In this document: in pieces, positions 10,344 to 22,172 of the stretch | How positions within the stretch are numbered: position 1 is the stretch's first letter | Layout of the letters: each line of letters starts with the position of its first letter | Assembly (NCBI GenBank): GCA_001643675.2 | Contig: LSRY02000010.1 | Location: 1,488,001 to 1,552,000, forward strand | DNA: 64,000 nucleotides | Direction of reading: 5' to 3' | Source of the DNA: Monocercomonoides exilis PA203 | Taxonomy: Eukaryota > Protista > Preaxostyla | Made by a program: the position numbers and the translations under genes | Notes under the pieces: generated by a model | What the model was told of the DNA's origin: nothing | Seen by the model: only the letters and a program-made list of their open reading frames with translations | Databases searched by the model: none

Positions 10344-13300
10344 ATGCTGCTGCGTTGCAAAGGAAGAGCAGGAGCCTTGCTTTTCGCAAGTTTTAGTGTT
10401 TCAATAATTATGCGTTCAATTTACTGCAACGAAGAAACGAGCTGTAAAGCAGATGCATTCAAAAAAGCTGATTTTCAAGATTATAGCATTGGGAGGTTAG
10501 GAGAAACTCATGAGGCAAGCAAAAATGCGCCCTTTCCGCACAGAGTGGATGCAATCAATGCGGCGAAGTCTAATGCGATGCAGGATTTTGATTCATCTGG
10601 CTGGTCGCAAAATACAGAAAAGAGCAAAAAACGATTGCAGGAGGATTCAGAGAGGGCATTTGATCATAACTTTCTTGCTGGCACACTCAACAATGATATG
10701 AGCAAGTGGAGCTGTGTTTGCAGCAGAATGACGGTTCTGAACTCGTCGTTGGCCGTTGAGCAAATAAATATCATCCAGAAAATCGCTTCTGCCATTTCTG
10801 TGAGAAACGAATTGTCCAGATTGTCTGTTAGTGGCTGCATCATAAGCGTGGAGACAGAGACGGAATCTTCTGCTTTTGAGTGTGCAGGAGGAACAATACG
10901 AATGGCGAATATATCTTTTCAAAGGCATTTTCCACAGCAAGCGTGGCCATCTCTTGTCTCAGCAAGCCCCTGCTCACTTCCTTTGACAGGACATGTCCAT
11001 GTTTTGAGCTGCACATTTTCTTCGTTTTGTGCCTCGCTTGCGAATCCGTTCATTGGAGATGTGGATTTGTCATTTGCTTCGGCTTCTTTTTGCAGCTTCC
11101 ACAATACATCTGTTCAGAGCAGCACCAAACACCTGAAGGAAAAACATTCTTTGCAAGAGAGCAAAATTGAAGGCTGCGCTGTCACTGATTGCGTTTGCCC
11201 GTTTTATGGAGTTCTCATCTCTGGCTCTTGTGGATGTGGCTTTGGCTCCTCGAACACTTCTTTCATTCGTTCGAAAAACACCATTTCTCATCAGAACTTC
11301 ACGAATAGGGCGCAGTCATTTTCGGAAGGAGAAATCAAATTTGAAGATTGCAACTTTACCGAATGCAGCGCTGCAAATGGTGGTGCAATTTTTGTTAGTG
11401 GCAGTGCAAAGCTCACTGTTGGGAAATGTATTTTTTTAGGATGCTATAATACTTATAATGAACATTATGGCCATGGAGGTGCAGTTTTTAGCGATGGAAG
11501 TGATTGCAACATTGAAAATTCATTTTTTAATAATTGTAGAGGAACAGGAGAATGGACAGTTGGAGGAGCATATACTCATTTGACAAATAATTTTTCAATA
11601 GTCATTGGCTGTTCTTTTGAAAATTGTTCAGCAATTTATGGAGGAAGTGTTGCTTGGGATGAAGGAGCAAGTGGATCACTTTTCAACTCTGTATTCAAAA
11701 ACAGCAGAGCATTAGTCCGCTATGCAGGAACAGTCTTTCTTCAAGAACCAAGAACTGATTTTGAGATATCAAATTGTTATTTATTAAAAGGAGATACTCA
11801 ACGGGGTGCAGGTGGAATTGATATATCGTTTAATGATTATAATAAGAATCTCAAAATCCAATTTTGTTTGTTTGAAAACAATACGGTGCAGAGATCTATG
11901 CAGGGAGCAGATATTTTTATTGGACCTGGATTTAGCTTGGATGATAACACATGTCAGATATTGCAATGTTTGACTCTTTCAACGGCCCAAAGAAAAGTTG
12001 TGCAATGCGTCGAATATGCAGAGACATGCGGAGACAAAGGTGTTGTGTATGACTCATGTCTGCCAACTCCTCAGTCAGAAATACACATCCGCACTTCCGG
12101 AAACAATGCGAACACTTGTGGAGGAACAGGTTCAGAATGCCAAACGGTGGAGTATGGAGTGACAAGATGGAATTCATATTTGGGACAGAACGTTTTTATG
12201 GCCAGTGAAGAATTCGAAGAAGATATGATTGACGTTGAGTGGAGAAAAATCGTTCTCAGCGGAGCAGAGAACAACTCATCTGCAATAAAGTGTAGCGAAG
12301 CCTCGTCAAACGACTGCTTGATCTCCATCGGCAATGGTTCGCTGAATGCAAAGAGGATTTCCTTTGTTTGTGTGTTCAACCGATCTGCAATTGCAATTGG
12401 CTCCTCTGGGTTGCTTGAGCTGGAGCTGTGCAGTTTCGCCAAAAGCGACCAATCGACTCAGCCCTCAATAAAATCCGTGATTCAGGTTGATGAAGGTTCG
12501 TTGACGATGAAATTCGTGAATGTCTCTGGGTTTGGATTTTCGCAAGGCTGTGCAATTGCTTTGTCGGATTGCAAATCTGTCTCTCTTTCGAATGCTTCTT
12601 TTTTGAATGTTGAGAGCGAGCAGAACGGAGGATGCTTGAATGCTGTTTGGAGCGAAGGGTCAGAGAATGGTTGCGAAGCTTCAATAAGCGGATGCATCTT
12701 TGAGCATTGCGTTGTTTCTGGGGATGGAAATGGAGGTGGGGCGCTGTTCCTCTCGCTGCCAAGCACATACTCAGCAACAATTTCTGGATGTTCGTTCGAA
12801 GAATGCAAGGCGCCTTTCGGTTCGCAGGAGGGATTCGGGGGAGGGATCTTTCTGGATCTTGAGCACTCCGATGCAGGATTTGCCATCACAGCTCCTTCTT
12901 TTTCGTCAGAAAAGCCAAACAAAGCGAAGCATGGAAACGACTTGTTTGTTCAATCCCCGAACCTGAAGGAATCGATCACGAGCGAAAAGCTTCCTTTTGC
13001 TTGTTCATTGGGACACAGTTCCTTCGACGATTTGCGTGGGTTCAATGGAAATGATCGTGAGCATTCGATTCCGTTGGTTCTGTTTTTTGAGGAAGTTGGA
13101 AGCACAATCCATGTTGGAAGCGAGGATGGAGCTGATACTGTTGTGTGTGGGTTTTCTGATTATCCGTGCCAGTCAGTTGATTATTGCATGGAGAGACTGG
13201 AAGAGGAAAATGCAAAGGCAATTCGAGTTATTGTCTCTGCAACAATAGAAAACGAAATGATGTTGCACAATGTGAACTTGAGATCATCAGATGATTTACG

Positions 13301-16300
13301 AGCTGGAATAACCTGCACAAAATCGCTGAATGCTCTGACTGGAAAAGCGATGGCAGCCACGGGGAATGCATCCATCGAATCAATCCGCTTTTTGCTTCCT
13401 TCTTCTTTTGATGCTGAGATCGAAACGTTAATATCCTTGACTTCTGAGAGCAACCTGTCGCTGACAAAGTGTGCATTCGAGATGCAGCAGGGCGAGGTCA
13501 ACCAGATAGGTTACAGGCTGTTTCAGATGAGCGGAGGAATCCTCAAAATGGACAACTGTCAGATTGATTCAGCGAATCTTCATCATGCGCCTATCGCAGT
13601 GAGCGAAAACACAGCCAGCACCCCAACAACGATTATTTCATTGAATGTGAAGAACACAAACATCGGCGATCAGCCTCTCATCGGTGTGATTCCATCGTCA
13701 ACATCCAAATTATTGAACGAGGGAACAACGAGCGACAAGACTGTCTGTCTTACACAATGCACTTTTTCAGGGATAGCTAATGGCAATGCAGACAGCGCTG
13801 TGTTGATTTCATCCTCAATTTCGAGCCATGTTGAGTGTTTGCACTGGAATGTCACGAATGCCAAAGGCACCCAGAGCATGGAGGGCGGTGCGATGAAAAT
13901 TGTTGTTGAGGCACAAGGTCAGTTTGTGATGGAGAACGCCACATTCACGAAATGCTGTGCTGAAAATGAAACAGGTGGAAATGGAGGAGGCATCTATTTC
14001 GACTGCTCGGCTTCCAATGCGTTCTCCTTCCAGCAGATAACCTTCGATCAGTGCTCTGCAAAGCACGGGAAAAACATGTTCTTTCTCTCGTCAGACCTGA
14101 ATGTTTCCATCACAAAGCAGACATTGGCATTTGAGGTTAGCGAGACAGCAAGCGATACAAACTTGTTCGTGGGGAACGACACCACAAAAACAAACTTCGA
14201 TCTGTGCCGATTTCTGATTGGATTTGCTTCTCAGGAAATCCATCTCAGCAAGAACAGCGGGTGGGATGTTCTGCGGTGTGGGAGTGGAGAAGAGCCATGC
14301 GCAACAATGGAGTATGGGCAGAAGCATTTTCGTGCTTTGGAAGATCCAGCTCAACCAAGCATGAACACTTTCGTGATCGTCGATGAAGCTCAGGTGAACA
14401 GCGAGATGGACATTTCAAACGTCATTTTGACCTCTGCTGATACAGGGTCATGTCCAACTCTGACTTTCGGAGCAGCCATTTCGCCTCAGAACGGAAATGA
14501 AGAAGAAGGCGATTGTGTGCTTGCAAACGATGGAAAATGCTCCTTGATGAACATTGAGGTCTGCTGCGGGGATGGCTCTGGGTGGAGGCAGACGAAGCTG
14601 ATAAGCACGGCTGGCAGCTCCTTTGCTGCTCAAGGCTGCTCCTTCACCAGCGTCTCCTCCACCGCCATTCATTATTGCATCATAGCCTGCCTGTCTGGAA
14701 CATGCGAATTATCATTCTGCTCGTTCCAATCCATCCAAGCAGAAAGTCACATTCTGATGGTGTCGCATGGCAGCAGCATTGACTTGACAAATGTCTCGAT
14801 GAGCAACATGGAGCTGATGGGCAAAAGCATTGTGTCTGTGCTGGGGCAGGGCAAATTGCAAGACGAGCCACTGGAATTGAATGAAGACAAAGGTCCGACA
14901 GTTCAGCTGAGATGCTGCACACTTTTCTCGCTCCTCCAAAGTGCACCATCTGAGCCATCCGTCATCAGCTGCACAGGCAGCAAGCCTTCCAGCGTGTCTG
15001 TGCAAAACACGTCGATCAAGAATTGTGGAAGCAGCCAGAGCGAGAGCGGCGGAGGAATGATGATGAAATTGAGCGAAGGAGGGTTTTTTGAGATCCGTTT
15101 TTCCACAATCTCAGGCTGTTTCTGTTCGGCGACTGGAAGAGGAGGCGCGATATTCCTGGACTGCTCTTCGATCACAAGAGATGGCCTGCTTCCTTTCCTG
15201 CTGAAAAACACCACGTTCATGGAGAACAAAGCATTTGTGGGAAGAGACGTGTATGTGAAATGCGCGAATGTGAAAACTCAAATAGGCGCCGAGCTGTTTG
15301 AGCTCGATTTCAGAGCGCCGTTTGTCCGGGATCTTGCGATGTGGGGATGCACAGCACCCGACTATAGCGACGAGCAAGATCTGTTGCTGCTTGTGGTTGT
15401 GTATCAGAGCGAGACGATATTTGCATCTTCTTCAGCGGACAATGCCTCTGACACGCGCCAGTGTGGTGCAATGAGCGAACCGTGCATTTCGCTGAATGTT
15501 GCGCTGCCGCACATCATTCCTTCAGTTTACAGCAATTTGCTGATTGACAAAAGCGCTGAGGTGACAGGGGAAGCAAGCGCTTGCGATGTCTCGATCAAGT
15601 CGCTGGATGCAGAAGGCGCCAGGGGGAGTGTTGTGCTGAACAGCAGCATCGGAAGCAAGACGAAAAGCCTCGTTTCGTGCTCGTCGAGAGTGAAAATGGA
15701 ATTTCTCACGTTTTTGTTTGGGAGCGCTTTTTCTTCTCCTCATTCCAGCTTGTTATTGCTGGCTGATGGCAACTTGTCTATTGCAGATACAGCATTTGCT
15801 CAAGAAGATTGGAATGGAAACTCCGAAATGAGACTGAACTGCTCCATCGTTCTCGTGGAGAATGGCAGGCTATCGATCAACGGATGCACTTTTGCCTTTC
15901 TCCGCCTCGGTTCTTCGTGCGTGGCAGCAAGAGGGGGGCAATATTGCTCATTTATGAACTTGAACATTTCTGATGTGAATTGTGGTGTGTTATTGGACTT
16001 CCGCAATTTGACAAACCTCTCAATGCAGCAGGTGCTTATTTCCAGTTGCGCACTTGAACAATCCGCCCTTCTCCTTCACAACTGCAAAGACTCCCAGCTG
16101 CAGAAGGTTCAAATCCTAAATGCAGAGAGCAAAGCAAGTTTGATTGCGTTTTCCTCAGACGGTTCAGGAGATCATTCAAACATCCAGTGCTATCATTCGG
16201 ACTTCGATGCCATATCTGTGCTGTCTGGCTCTTTGCTTTCTGTTGAATGCACAGATGCGAATGTCGAGATGAATTTCTTGGCCATTTCGAACGCGAAGCT

Positions 16301-18662
16301 CAGAGAAGGATGTGCAGTGAGTGTGACATCAAATGCGTCGACATTCCGGCTGAAGCAGTCATCATATCAAAACATAACGAGAGAATCATTTGGCCCGTGC
16401 TGCTTGGCTGCTTCATCTTCGTCTTCGTCTTTATTGGTGGAGTTGGAGAACTGCACCAGCCACAAATGCATCTCATCCTCAGACAAAGGGAGAATTGCTG
16501 CTCTGACGGATTTAGCAGATGTTAACTTATCTTCATGTTCGTTTGACGGAGCAACAGGCGCGCAACAGTTTGGAGTCAACGAAGATTCACTCAATAATCT
16601 GTGCCGATGGAATGGGTCGATGGTTGATCTTCAGAATTGTTCCGGATTGATGAAGGACTCGACGCTGGCAAATTCAGAAAATGGAGGGCTTTCCTTATCA
16701 GGAGGAAGTGTGGAGATTGAGAAAGGAGAATTCATGAACAACAATCCATCAATAGCGAATTATGGATCGGCAAGGCGGAATGTTTTGTGTGGAGACTCAG
16801 CAAAATTGAAAGTGATGAGTTTGAAGGGAGGGGATGGAGTATTGCCAAATACGTCGCTGTGGATATTGGATAAAGGATGCACGCTGGAAGGAATAGCGAA
16901 AGAAAGGGCATCTGCGTTTTTCATCCCGAAAGTGGAGAGTGTGACATCGGAAAAGTCAGGAGAGAAGGTGGATGCTGTGTTCAGAGGATCTGTTCTCCTT
17001 CCGTGCAACCTCTCGTTCAAGACCGTTGCAGCGATTGGGGATGAGGAGGTGGTTGAGAAATATTTGTTTGATGCAAGCGGTTTCATATCAGAGGAAGAGG
17101 TGCATGGGTCTGTTCCTGCCAAGATAATTGAAGGGGTGCCAAGTGAAGCAGAAGTGAGGGTGTGCATTTTGTTTGGAAAAGTCAATTTGCCATCAGCCAC
17201 TGATTCATTTATTCTGAAGAACAGAAGCAATTCTGAGCCAGATGGAGAAGGAAATCTTGTTGAGGGAGGAAAAGAAGGAAAATCATGGGCTTTAATTATT
17301 GCTGTTATATTTATTGTTTTGTTTTTGATAGTACTTATTGTGTCAATTGTTCTGGCTGTTCGATGGAGGAAACAAAAGAGAAGAACAGAAGAATTGGAGA
17401 TAATTGTGGAAGACAACATCAGAAAAGATCCGAAGCTGATTGAGATGGTGACGATGGAGATGTCACCAGAAGAGCAGTGGCGAAGAGCTGAGCAGGAGGC
17501 AGAGAAGAAAAACGAAGAAAGAATTAAAAAGAGAATGAATGGGAAGGAGATGGTGCATTCAGAGTCAGAAGAGTATTTGCTGTCTGAAAGCGGATCAACA
17601 GAATATATCTTGGGAAAAGACTCAGACAAGATTCCTGAATGGATGCTGGAGAAGGTGGATGAAAAAGAAGAAGAGACAAGAAAAAGAACACCGTCTCCGT
17701 CAATTTCTTCAACTTGTTCAACTGACACATCAGACACAGATACAACATTTGTCAGAACAGAAAGCCTGTGCCCGACCACCTCATCGATGTCGAATCTGGT
17801 GGATGCGATGGCCTGCTCATCGCCTCACGAGAAACTGATTGTAGACTTGAGGGATTCTCTGTTCATGCTGCTTCATGGGCGGAACGAGAAGAAAGAGATG
17901 GCGATCGGCACTTTGGAGGAGAGGGAGCAGACAGCTGCGCAGATCCTATTCTGGGTGGCGAATGGAGCAATTCACTCGTTTGACGAAACGGAGAATGAGC
18001 TGCAGTCATTGAGCAGTCTTAGTTCGCTTGTTGTGCTGTTCTCAGAGCACATGGTGATCTGCATTGTCCTCCACTTTGACTGCTCCTCAGATGATTCAGA
18101 CTCGTCGTCCATTTCGTCGTGTTCGATTGCCACATCAACGTCTGACTGCTCAAGAGCGAATAGAAATGGAAGAGGGTCGCCTCCTCCGTCGTCTGCGTTT
18201 GAAGAGGACGACGATGACATAAAAGAGTGTTTGCGGTGGAAGGCGCCTGAACTGCAAATGAACAAGAAGATGGGGGCAACGAAGAAGTCGGTGGCGTTTT
18301 CGATTGGGATGATGCTGTGGGAGTGCCTGACGCTGGAGATACCGTTTGGGGAGTATGCGGCCGAGCTGGCTGGGCAGAAGATTGCGAATGGGGAGAGGCC
18401 TGTGCATGGGGCAGAAAGGGATTCGTCGTTGTTTGAGTGTGTGAAGTCGTGTTTGAGCCAAGAAGCAAAAGATCGGCCGAAGCTGATGGAGTTGAAGCGG
18501 GAGTTCATCCAGCGATTTCCGCCGGGGGCAGTGATTGTTACGATTTCAGATGCGGTTGATTATGAATGCTTTTCGGGTTGCCAGAGAGAAAACGAAGAGA
18601 GCAAAGAAAGCGATGAGTCTGGGAGGAGCAATTCGAAGACACTGCTTGTTAATGGAAAATGA
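10344..18662 (+). CDS. Giant intronless type I membrane protein: Cys/Ser-rich beta-helix-like ectodomain, one TM, cytoplasmic kinase-like (probably pseudokinase) tail
   Basis: 2772-aa ORF with a hydrophobic N-terminus. Recurrent GGAI/GGAL/GGAV + FxxC repeats (pectin-lyase/Pmp-like) and four CGxxxxxCx[TS] modules. TM WALIIAVIFIVLFLIVLIVSIVLAV followed by RWRK. Kinase subdomains VIII-XI present (RWKAPEL, SVAFSIGMMLWECLTLEIPF, GERP, DRP). Confidence 0.85.
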   Translation: MLLRCKGRAGALLFASFSVSIIMRSIYCNEETSCKADAFKKADFQDYSIGRLGETHEASKNAPFPHRVDAINAAKSNAMQDFDSSGWSQNTEKSKKRLQEDSERAFDHNFLAGTLNNDMSKWSCVCSRMTVLNSSLAVEQINIIQKIASAISVRNELSRLSVSGCIISVETETESSAFECAGGTIRMANISFQRHFPQQAWPSLVSASPCSLPLTGHVHVLSCTFSSFCASLANPFIGDVDLSFASASFCSFHNTSVQSSTKHLKEKHSLQESKIEGCAVTDCVCPFYGVLISGSCGCGFGSSNTSFIRSKNTISHQNFTNRAQSFSEGEIKFEDCNFTECSAANGGAIFVSGSAKLTVGKCIFLGCYNTYNEHYGHGGAVFSDGSDCNIENSFFNNCRGTGEWTVGGAYTHLTNNFSIVIGCSFENCSAIYGGSVAWDEGASGSLFNSVFKNSRALVRYAGTVFLQEPRTDFEISNCYLLKGDTQRGAGGIDISFNDYNKNLKIQFCLFENNTVQRSMQGADIFIGPGFSLDDNTCQILQCLTLSTAQRKVVQCVEYAETCGDKGVVYDSCLPTPQSEIHIRTSGNNANTCGGTGSECQTVEYGVTRWNSYLGQNVFMASEEFEEDMIDVEWRKIVLSGAENNSSAIKCSEASSNDCLISIGNGSLNAKRISFVCVFNRSAIAIGSSGLLELELCSFAKSDQSTQPSIKSVIQVDEGSLTMKFVNVSGFGFSQGCAIALSDCKSVSLSNASFLNVESEQNGGCLNAVWSEGSENGCEASISGCIFEHCVVSGDGNGGGALFLSLPSTYSATISGCSFEECKAPFGSQEGFGGGIFLDLEHSDAGFAITAPSFSSEKPNKAKHGNDLFVQSPNLKESITSEKLPFACSLGHSSFDDLRGFNGNDREHSIPLVLFFEEVGSTIHVGSEDGADTVVCGFSDYPCQSVDYCMERLEEENAKAIRVIVSATIENEMMLHNVNLRSSDDLRAGITCTKSLNALTGKAMAATGNASIESIRFLLPSSFDAEIETLISLTSESNLSLTKCAFEMQQGEVNQIGYRLFQMSGGILKMDNCQIDSANLHHAPIAVSENTASTPTTIISLNVKNTNIGDQPLIGVIPSSTSKLLNEGTTSDKTVCLTQCTFSGIANGNADSAVLISSSISSHVECLHWNVTNAKGTQSMEGGAMKIVVEAQGQFVMENATFTKCCAENETGGNGGGIYFDCSASNAFSFQQITFDQCSAKHGKNMFFLSSDLNVSITKQTLAFEVSETASDTNLFVGNDTTKTNFDLCRFLIGFASQEIHLSKNSGWDVLRCGSGEEPCATMEYGQKHFRALEDPAQPSMNTFVIVDEAQVNSEMDISNVILTSADTGSCPTLTFGAAISPQNGNEEEGDCVLANDGKCSLMNIEVCCGDGSGWRQTKLISTAGSSFAAQGCSFTSVSSTAIHYCIIACLSGTCELSFCSFQSIQAESHILMVSHGSSIDLTNVSMSNMELMGKSIVSVLGQGKLQDEPLELNEDKGPTVQLRCCTLFSLLQSAPSEPSVISCTGSKPSSVSVQNTSIKNCGSSQSESGGGMMMKLSEGGFFEIRFSTISGCFCSATGRGGAIFLDCSSITRDGLLPFLLKNTTFMENKAFVGRDVYVKCANVKTQIGAELFELDFRAPFVRDLAMWGCTAPDYSDEQDLLLLVVVYQSETIFASSSADNASDTRQCGAMSEPCISLNVALPHIIPSVYSNLLIDKSAEVTGEASACDVSIKSLDAEGARGSVVLNSSIGSKTKSLVSCSSRVKMEFLTFLFGSAFSSPHSSLLLLADGNLSIADTAFAQEDWNGNSEMRLNCSIVLVENGRLSINGCTFAFLRLGSSCVAARGGQYCSFMNLNISDVNCGVLLDFRNLTNLSMQQVLISSCALEQSALLLHNCKDSQLQKVQILNAESKASLIAFSSDGSGDHSNIQCYHSDFDAISVLSGSLLSVECTDANVEMNFLAISNAKLREGCAVSVTSNASTFRLKQSSYQNITRESFGPCCLAASSSSSSLLVELENCTSHKCISSSDKGRIAALTDLADVNLSSCSFDGATGAQQFGVNEDSLNNLCRWNGSMVDLQNCSGLMKDSTLANSENGGLSLSGGSVEIEKGEFMNNNPSIANYGSARRNVLCGDSAKLKVMSLKGGDGVLPNTSLWILDKGCTLEGIAKERASAFFIPKVESVTSEKSGEKVDAVFRGSVLLPCNLSFKTVAAIGDEEVVEKYLFDASGFISEEEVHGSVPAKIIEGVPSEAEVRVCILFGKVNLPSATDSFILKNRSNSEPDGEGNLVEGGKEGKSWALIIAVIFIVLFLIVLIVSIVLAVRWRKQKRRTEELEIIVEDNIRKDPKLIEMVTMEMSPEEQWRRAEQEAEKKNEERIKKRMNGKEMVHSESEEYLLSESGSTEYILGKDSDKIPEWMLEKVDEKEEETRKRTPSPSISSTCSTDTSDTDTTFVRTESLCPTTSSMSNLVDAMACSSPHEKLIVDLRDSLFMLLHGRNEKKEMAIGTLEEREQTAAQILFWVANGAIHSFDETENELQSLSSLSSLVVLFSEHMVICIVLHFDCSSDDSDSSSISSCSIATSTSDCSRANRNGRGSPPPSSAFEEDDDDIKECLRWKAPELQMNKKMGATKKSVAFSIGMMLWECLTLEIPFGEYAAELAGQKIANGERPVHGAERDSSLFECVKSCLSQEAKDRPKLMELKREFIQRFPPGAVIVTISDAVDYECFSGCQRENEESKESDESGRSNSKTLLVNGK

Positions 18663-19375
18663 GCTGGAATGGGGAAAAAAATTATATATCTATTTTTTTA
18701 TTAAAGTGCATTTTGCATTTTATCTTTTGCGTGTGTGTGTATTCAACAATTTTTGTTTTTTCTTTTCTTTTCTTTTTTCTTTTTTTTATTCGTTTGGCAT
18801 ATTTTTCGATTTTTTGTTTCATCCTTTTCGTTTTTTATCACGAAATGTCTTCTTTTGTTGATGTTAACGAGTGTTATATATCTGTATGTACCTCACAATA
18901 ATTATTCTTGTTCACTCTTCCTGTGAAACAATTAGCACAAACACACCACCAGCTTGTTGAGTTGGGAAACGTGTCAGTTATCTTGAAATGAAAATATTCA
19001 TTTCGCAATAACTGCGATATTTTTCAATTCATCAGAAGTATTTTTATTTTCAAGAGAAATTCTTCCTGATATTTCTTTTTTCAAAAGAAACAACAGAATT
19101 TGCAATCGAATAAATGATTCATTTTCAACTCACAAAAACTCATTCGCTCTCATGTGAAATTCAACGGGAAATTTAAAAAAAAAAAAAGTTGAACTCATTG
19201 GATTTGAAACGGATTTTCAATAATTCTTTTCCAAAAGTGATTTTTCCTTTTCTTTTCTTTTAATAAAAAATCTTTTTGATTTTTCAATTGTGGATTATTT
19301 TGCCGATGATATATTTGAATAGAAAGCTTTTAATCCAACAAAATTCTTGATTTGATCAGTTCATCCAATAATTAA

Positions 19376-20729
19376 ATGCTTCAAATATTTCATATTTTAT
19401 TTTCTTGTTGTGGCTTTGTATTTTTGGTTTCTGTTGCTGCGTATCTTCTTCCCCAATTAGCCATTTTATTTGCGAAGGAAACAAATTTTGTCAAACGATA
19501 TGGGCGTTCGTGGGCATTTATCACAGGAGGTTCGTCGGGAATCGGACTTTCGCTTGCGAAAAAGCTGGGTCGACAAGTATTTTGTTGCTTCTTTTTGAAT
19601 GCGCCATTGAAGTGAAAGAGTTGAAATTGGGTGCTTATGAATCATTGTTCCGAAGGGAATGAATCTTATCATTTTATCAGAAACGGAGCAGAATCTGAAA
19701 AATGCCAAAGCAATTCTCAACAATTTGTGTGTCAAATTGTGATTTTATTTTGTGATTTATTTTGAAGATTTTTCTTCTTCTTCTTCTTTTTTTTTCGGAA
19801 GGTTCCCAACCATCCAAGTTTGTTTAATCTGCGCAGATCTCTCAAAGGATCCAAACATTTTGGCAAAGACAGTGCTGAATCAGATTGACGGGCTCGATAT
19901 CAGCGCAATTGTTGTGAATGCTGGATATGGATTATTTGAGGTTTGACACAAGGAAACATCCGAAATTATATTTTCTGTCTTTTGAAAAAAAAAATGATGG
20001 ATATCTTTTAGAGTGCATCCAATCCGAGTGCATCAACTTTGCACATGTTTCACTCGAACATTGTTGGGCATCAGCACCTTATAAATGCGCTTTTCCCCAT
20101 TTTGGCGAAGCGAAGGCCTCATTTTGATGGAAGGAAATGGCGCAGAGGATGTGTGATATTCACATCGTCAGTGACAGGATGTTTTGTGAGCCCTTATAAC
20201 GCGGTGTACTCAGCAACAAAAGCATATTTGGATCATTTTGGCGAATGCTTGTCTTTGGAAGCTTCATGTGTGCATCCGATTTCAACTTCCACAGTCCATT
20301 CTTCTCGTCTTTTCATGCTCTGTTTTTCAAAATTTTTAATGTTTCAGGCTTGAAGATAGATGTTGTTTCAATCCGTCCAGGCTCTGTGAAAACGAAGTTT
20401 CATGACAGAATCCCGCGTTTTTTTGTTATGGATTTGATTAGTGTGCATTTGCGATTGTGTTTCTTTTTTTTCAAAAAAATAAATAAATAAATAATAATAA
20501 TAACAATTTCTTGATATTCTCAGATTTATTTCAGCAATCGCCTGATGCAGTTGCAAGCAGAGTGTTGAAAAGTGTTGGAATGTTTGTGAAAGTTGACTGC
20601 GGAGTTTTCGCTGTACTTGTTGAATTGATGAACAAATTGGTTGACAGAAACCTATACATTGCGATTGCACAAAATATTTATCCATTCATTCCTGATATTA
20701 AGAAATTATTTGAAGAAAATGGCAAATGA
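19376..20729 (+). CDS. Short-chain dehydrogenase/reductase, 17beta-HSD12/very-long-chain 3-oxoacyl-CoA reductase-like; 6 exons, 321 aa
   Basis: Exons 19376-19576, 19656-19726, 19802-19940, 20012-20267, 20348-20440 and 20524-20729 splice in frame (966 nt) via GT-AG introns of 71-83 nt. N-terminal TM, YGRSWAFITGGSSGIG, VNAG, TSS, YSATK (YxxxK), PGSVKT. Confidence 0.9.
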
Positions 20730-21176
20730 TTAAATAATCTTTGAAAATGTTGTGAAAGCTAATTTTTGTGTTTTGTGTGAATGCTTGTTTCTCAAAGGAA
20801 ATTTTCTTTTTCTTTTTCTTTTCTTTTTTTCAATATACTTTTACAAACATTTTTTCTTTTTTCTTTTTTCTTTATTTTATTTTATTTTTTGTTTGTGCAT
20901 GTGTGTGCATGTTTGGTCATCTGTCTATCGAAGCATCTTTTTCTTAGTGGATGCAACAATTTTTCACACGGCAAATGATTTTCAAAGTTCGTTTGAAAGC
21001 CATTGAGAATATTCGATATCCTTTGAAAATGCTGTTTAACATTATTTCTTTGAATGTTTTTTAACGCCTTTGGCAACGACTGGAGATCATGAAGAGAAAA
21101 AAGTTAACTCAAAAAACACTTTTGTTTCTGGATGAAACCCAGATAGCATCAACAATAATTCTGGTCCTCTTCTTTC

Positions 21177-21279
21177 ATTAAAAGGCGCAAGCCTATTAAT
21201 TCTAAAGAACGACCGGTTAATCTACAACACCTCTTGTTATGGGAGTAGACCCTTGTAATAACGGGGCTAGTCGATCAAA
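21177..21279 (+). repeat. DIRS-A left terminus (left extension + ITR)
   Basis: 21177-21247 is complementary to 41739-41809 (68/71); 21218-21279 is complementary to 42027-42088. Confidence 0.92.
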
Positions 21280-21293
21280 AATATTTTTATTTA

Positions 21294-22172
21294 ATGATCC
21301 CGCAAAGCACAATTGGACTCGCGTCGGGAGCGATGCCTGGAATTCAGGCCGCCGGGCCAACGAGCGGTGGGACAATCTTTACGTCAACCTCCAGTGCTTC
21401 TGCAACGGCCCAAGAAAATTTACTTCTTCCTACAAGTTTTAATTCGCAAATAACTCAACCGGAACCTTTTTCATCGATTCCGCAGTCTTCACAATCCCAA
21501 GGTGAAGAAAGAGACAGTGAACCAGAGGATCGAATGCAAGTTATCCTGGAACGAGAGTCGGCAGATTTCTTTGGCAGCGTCTTATCTTATTAAATTTTTA
21601 ACATCCCAATAGATAAGAGAGATGTGGCAGAAACGATCGAATTCAATAATTCCATTCCCCTGGCTCCGTTCATCCCTTCGTCAATTCGTGAGCCTGAATT
21701 TACAGCAAAGTGGGCATCGGATGCCCTGGATCAAGCAGGGGAGCGAATTGAAAAGAAGCTCTGCCCTACCATAAAGGCACTTCTATTGGCGAGAGATGCA
21801 GCACACGGAGAAGCAAAGATCCAAATCGAAGATGCGCTCACTCTGGTAACGGCAGCATTACAGGAAAGCAGAATAACGAGAGAGGCAGGACGTCAGGGTT
21901 TCGCTGCAGCGAAGGCATTAAGAGATGAAATGGATGATCCCTTACTTACAGATTACCAAAAAGAAGTTATAAAATGAGCACATCCGATATCCACATACAG
22001 GAGCAGCATCGGAGGCCATTCGCGTGGGAGAATCTCGCAGAGAAGGCTGTTTTTTCGGGGGGAGAACTATGCAAAACCCAACAAATGGCGAGGAAGCGGA
22101 TGGAATCGAAGAAGAAACAAGAGTAAAGGCAGGTTCAGAAGCCGCTCTGTTTGGAAAAAGTCCTCCCAGTAG
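21294..22172 (+). pseudogene. DIRS-A ORF1 (gag-like), in-frame stops
   Basis: WASDALD...KALL...AALQ...RQGFAAAKALRDEMDDPLLT is homologous to ORF1 of copy B. Stops at 21591 and 21975; Arg-rich C-terminus. Confidence 0.75.

Noticed and set aside
16760-18508. Long minus-strand ORFs (339, 178, 149 aa)
   Set aside because: Antisense shadows of the giant gene with no independent motifs.
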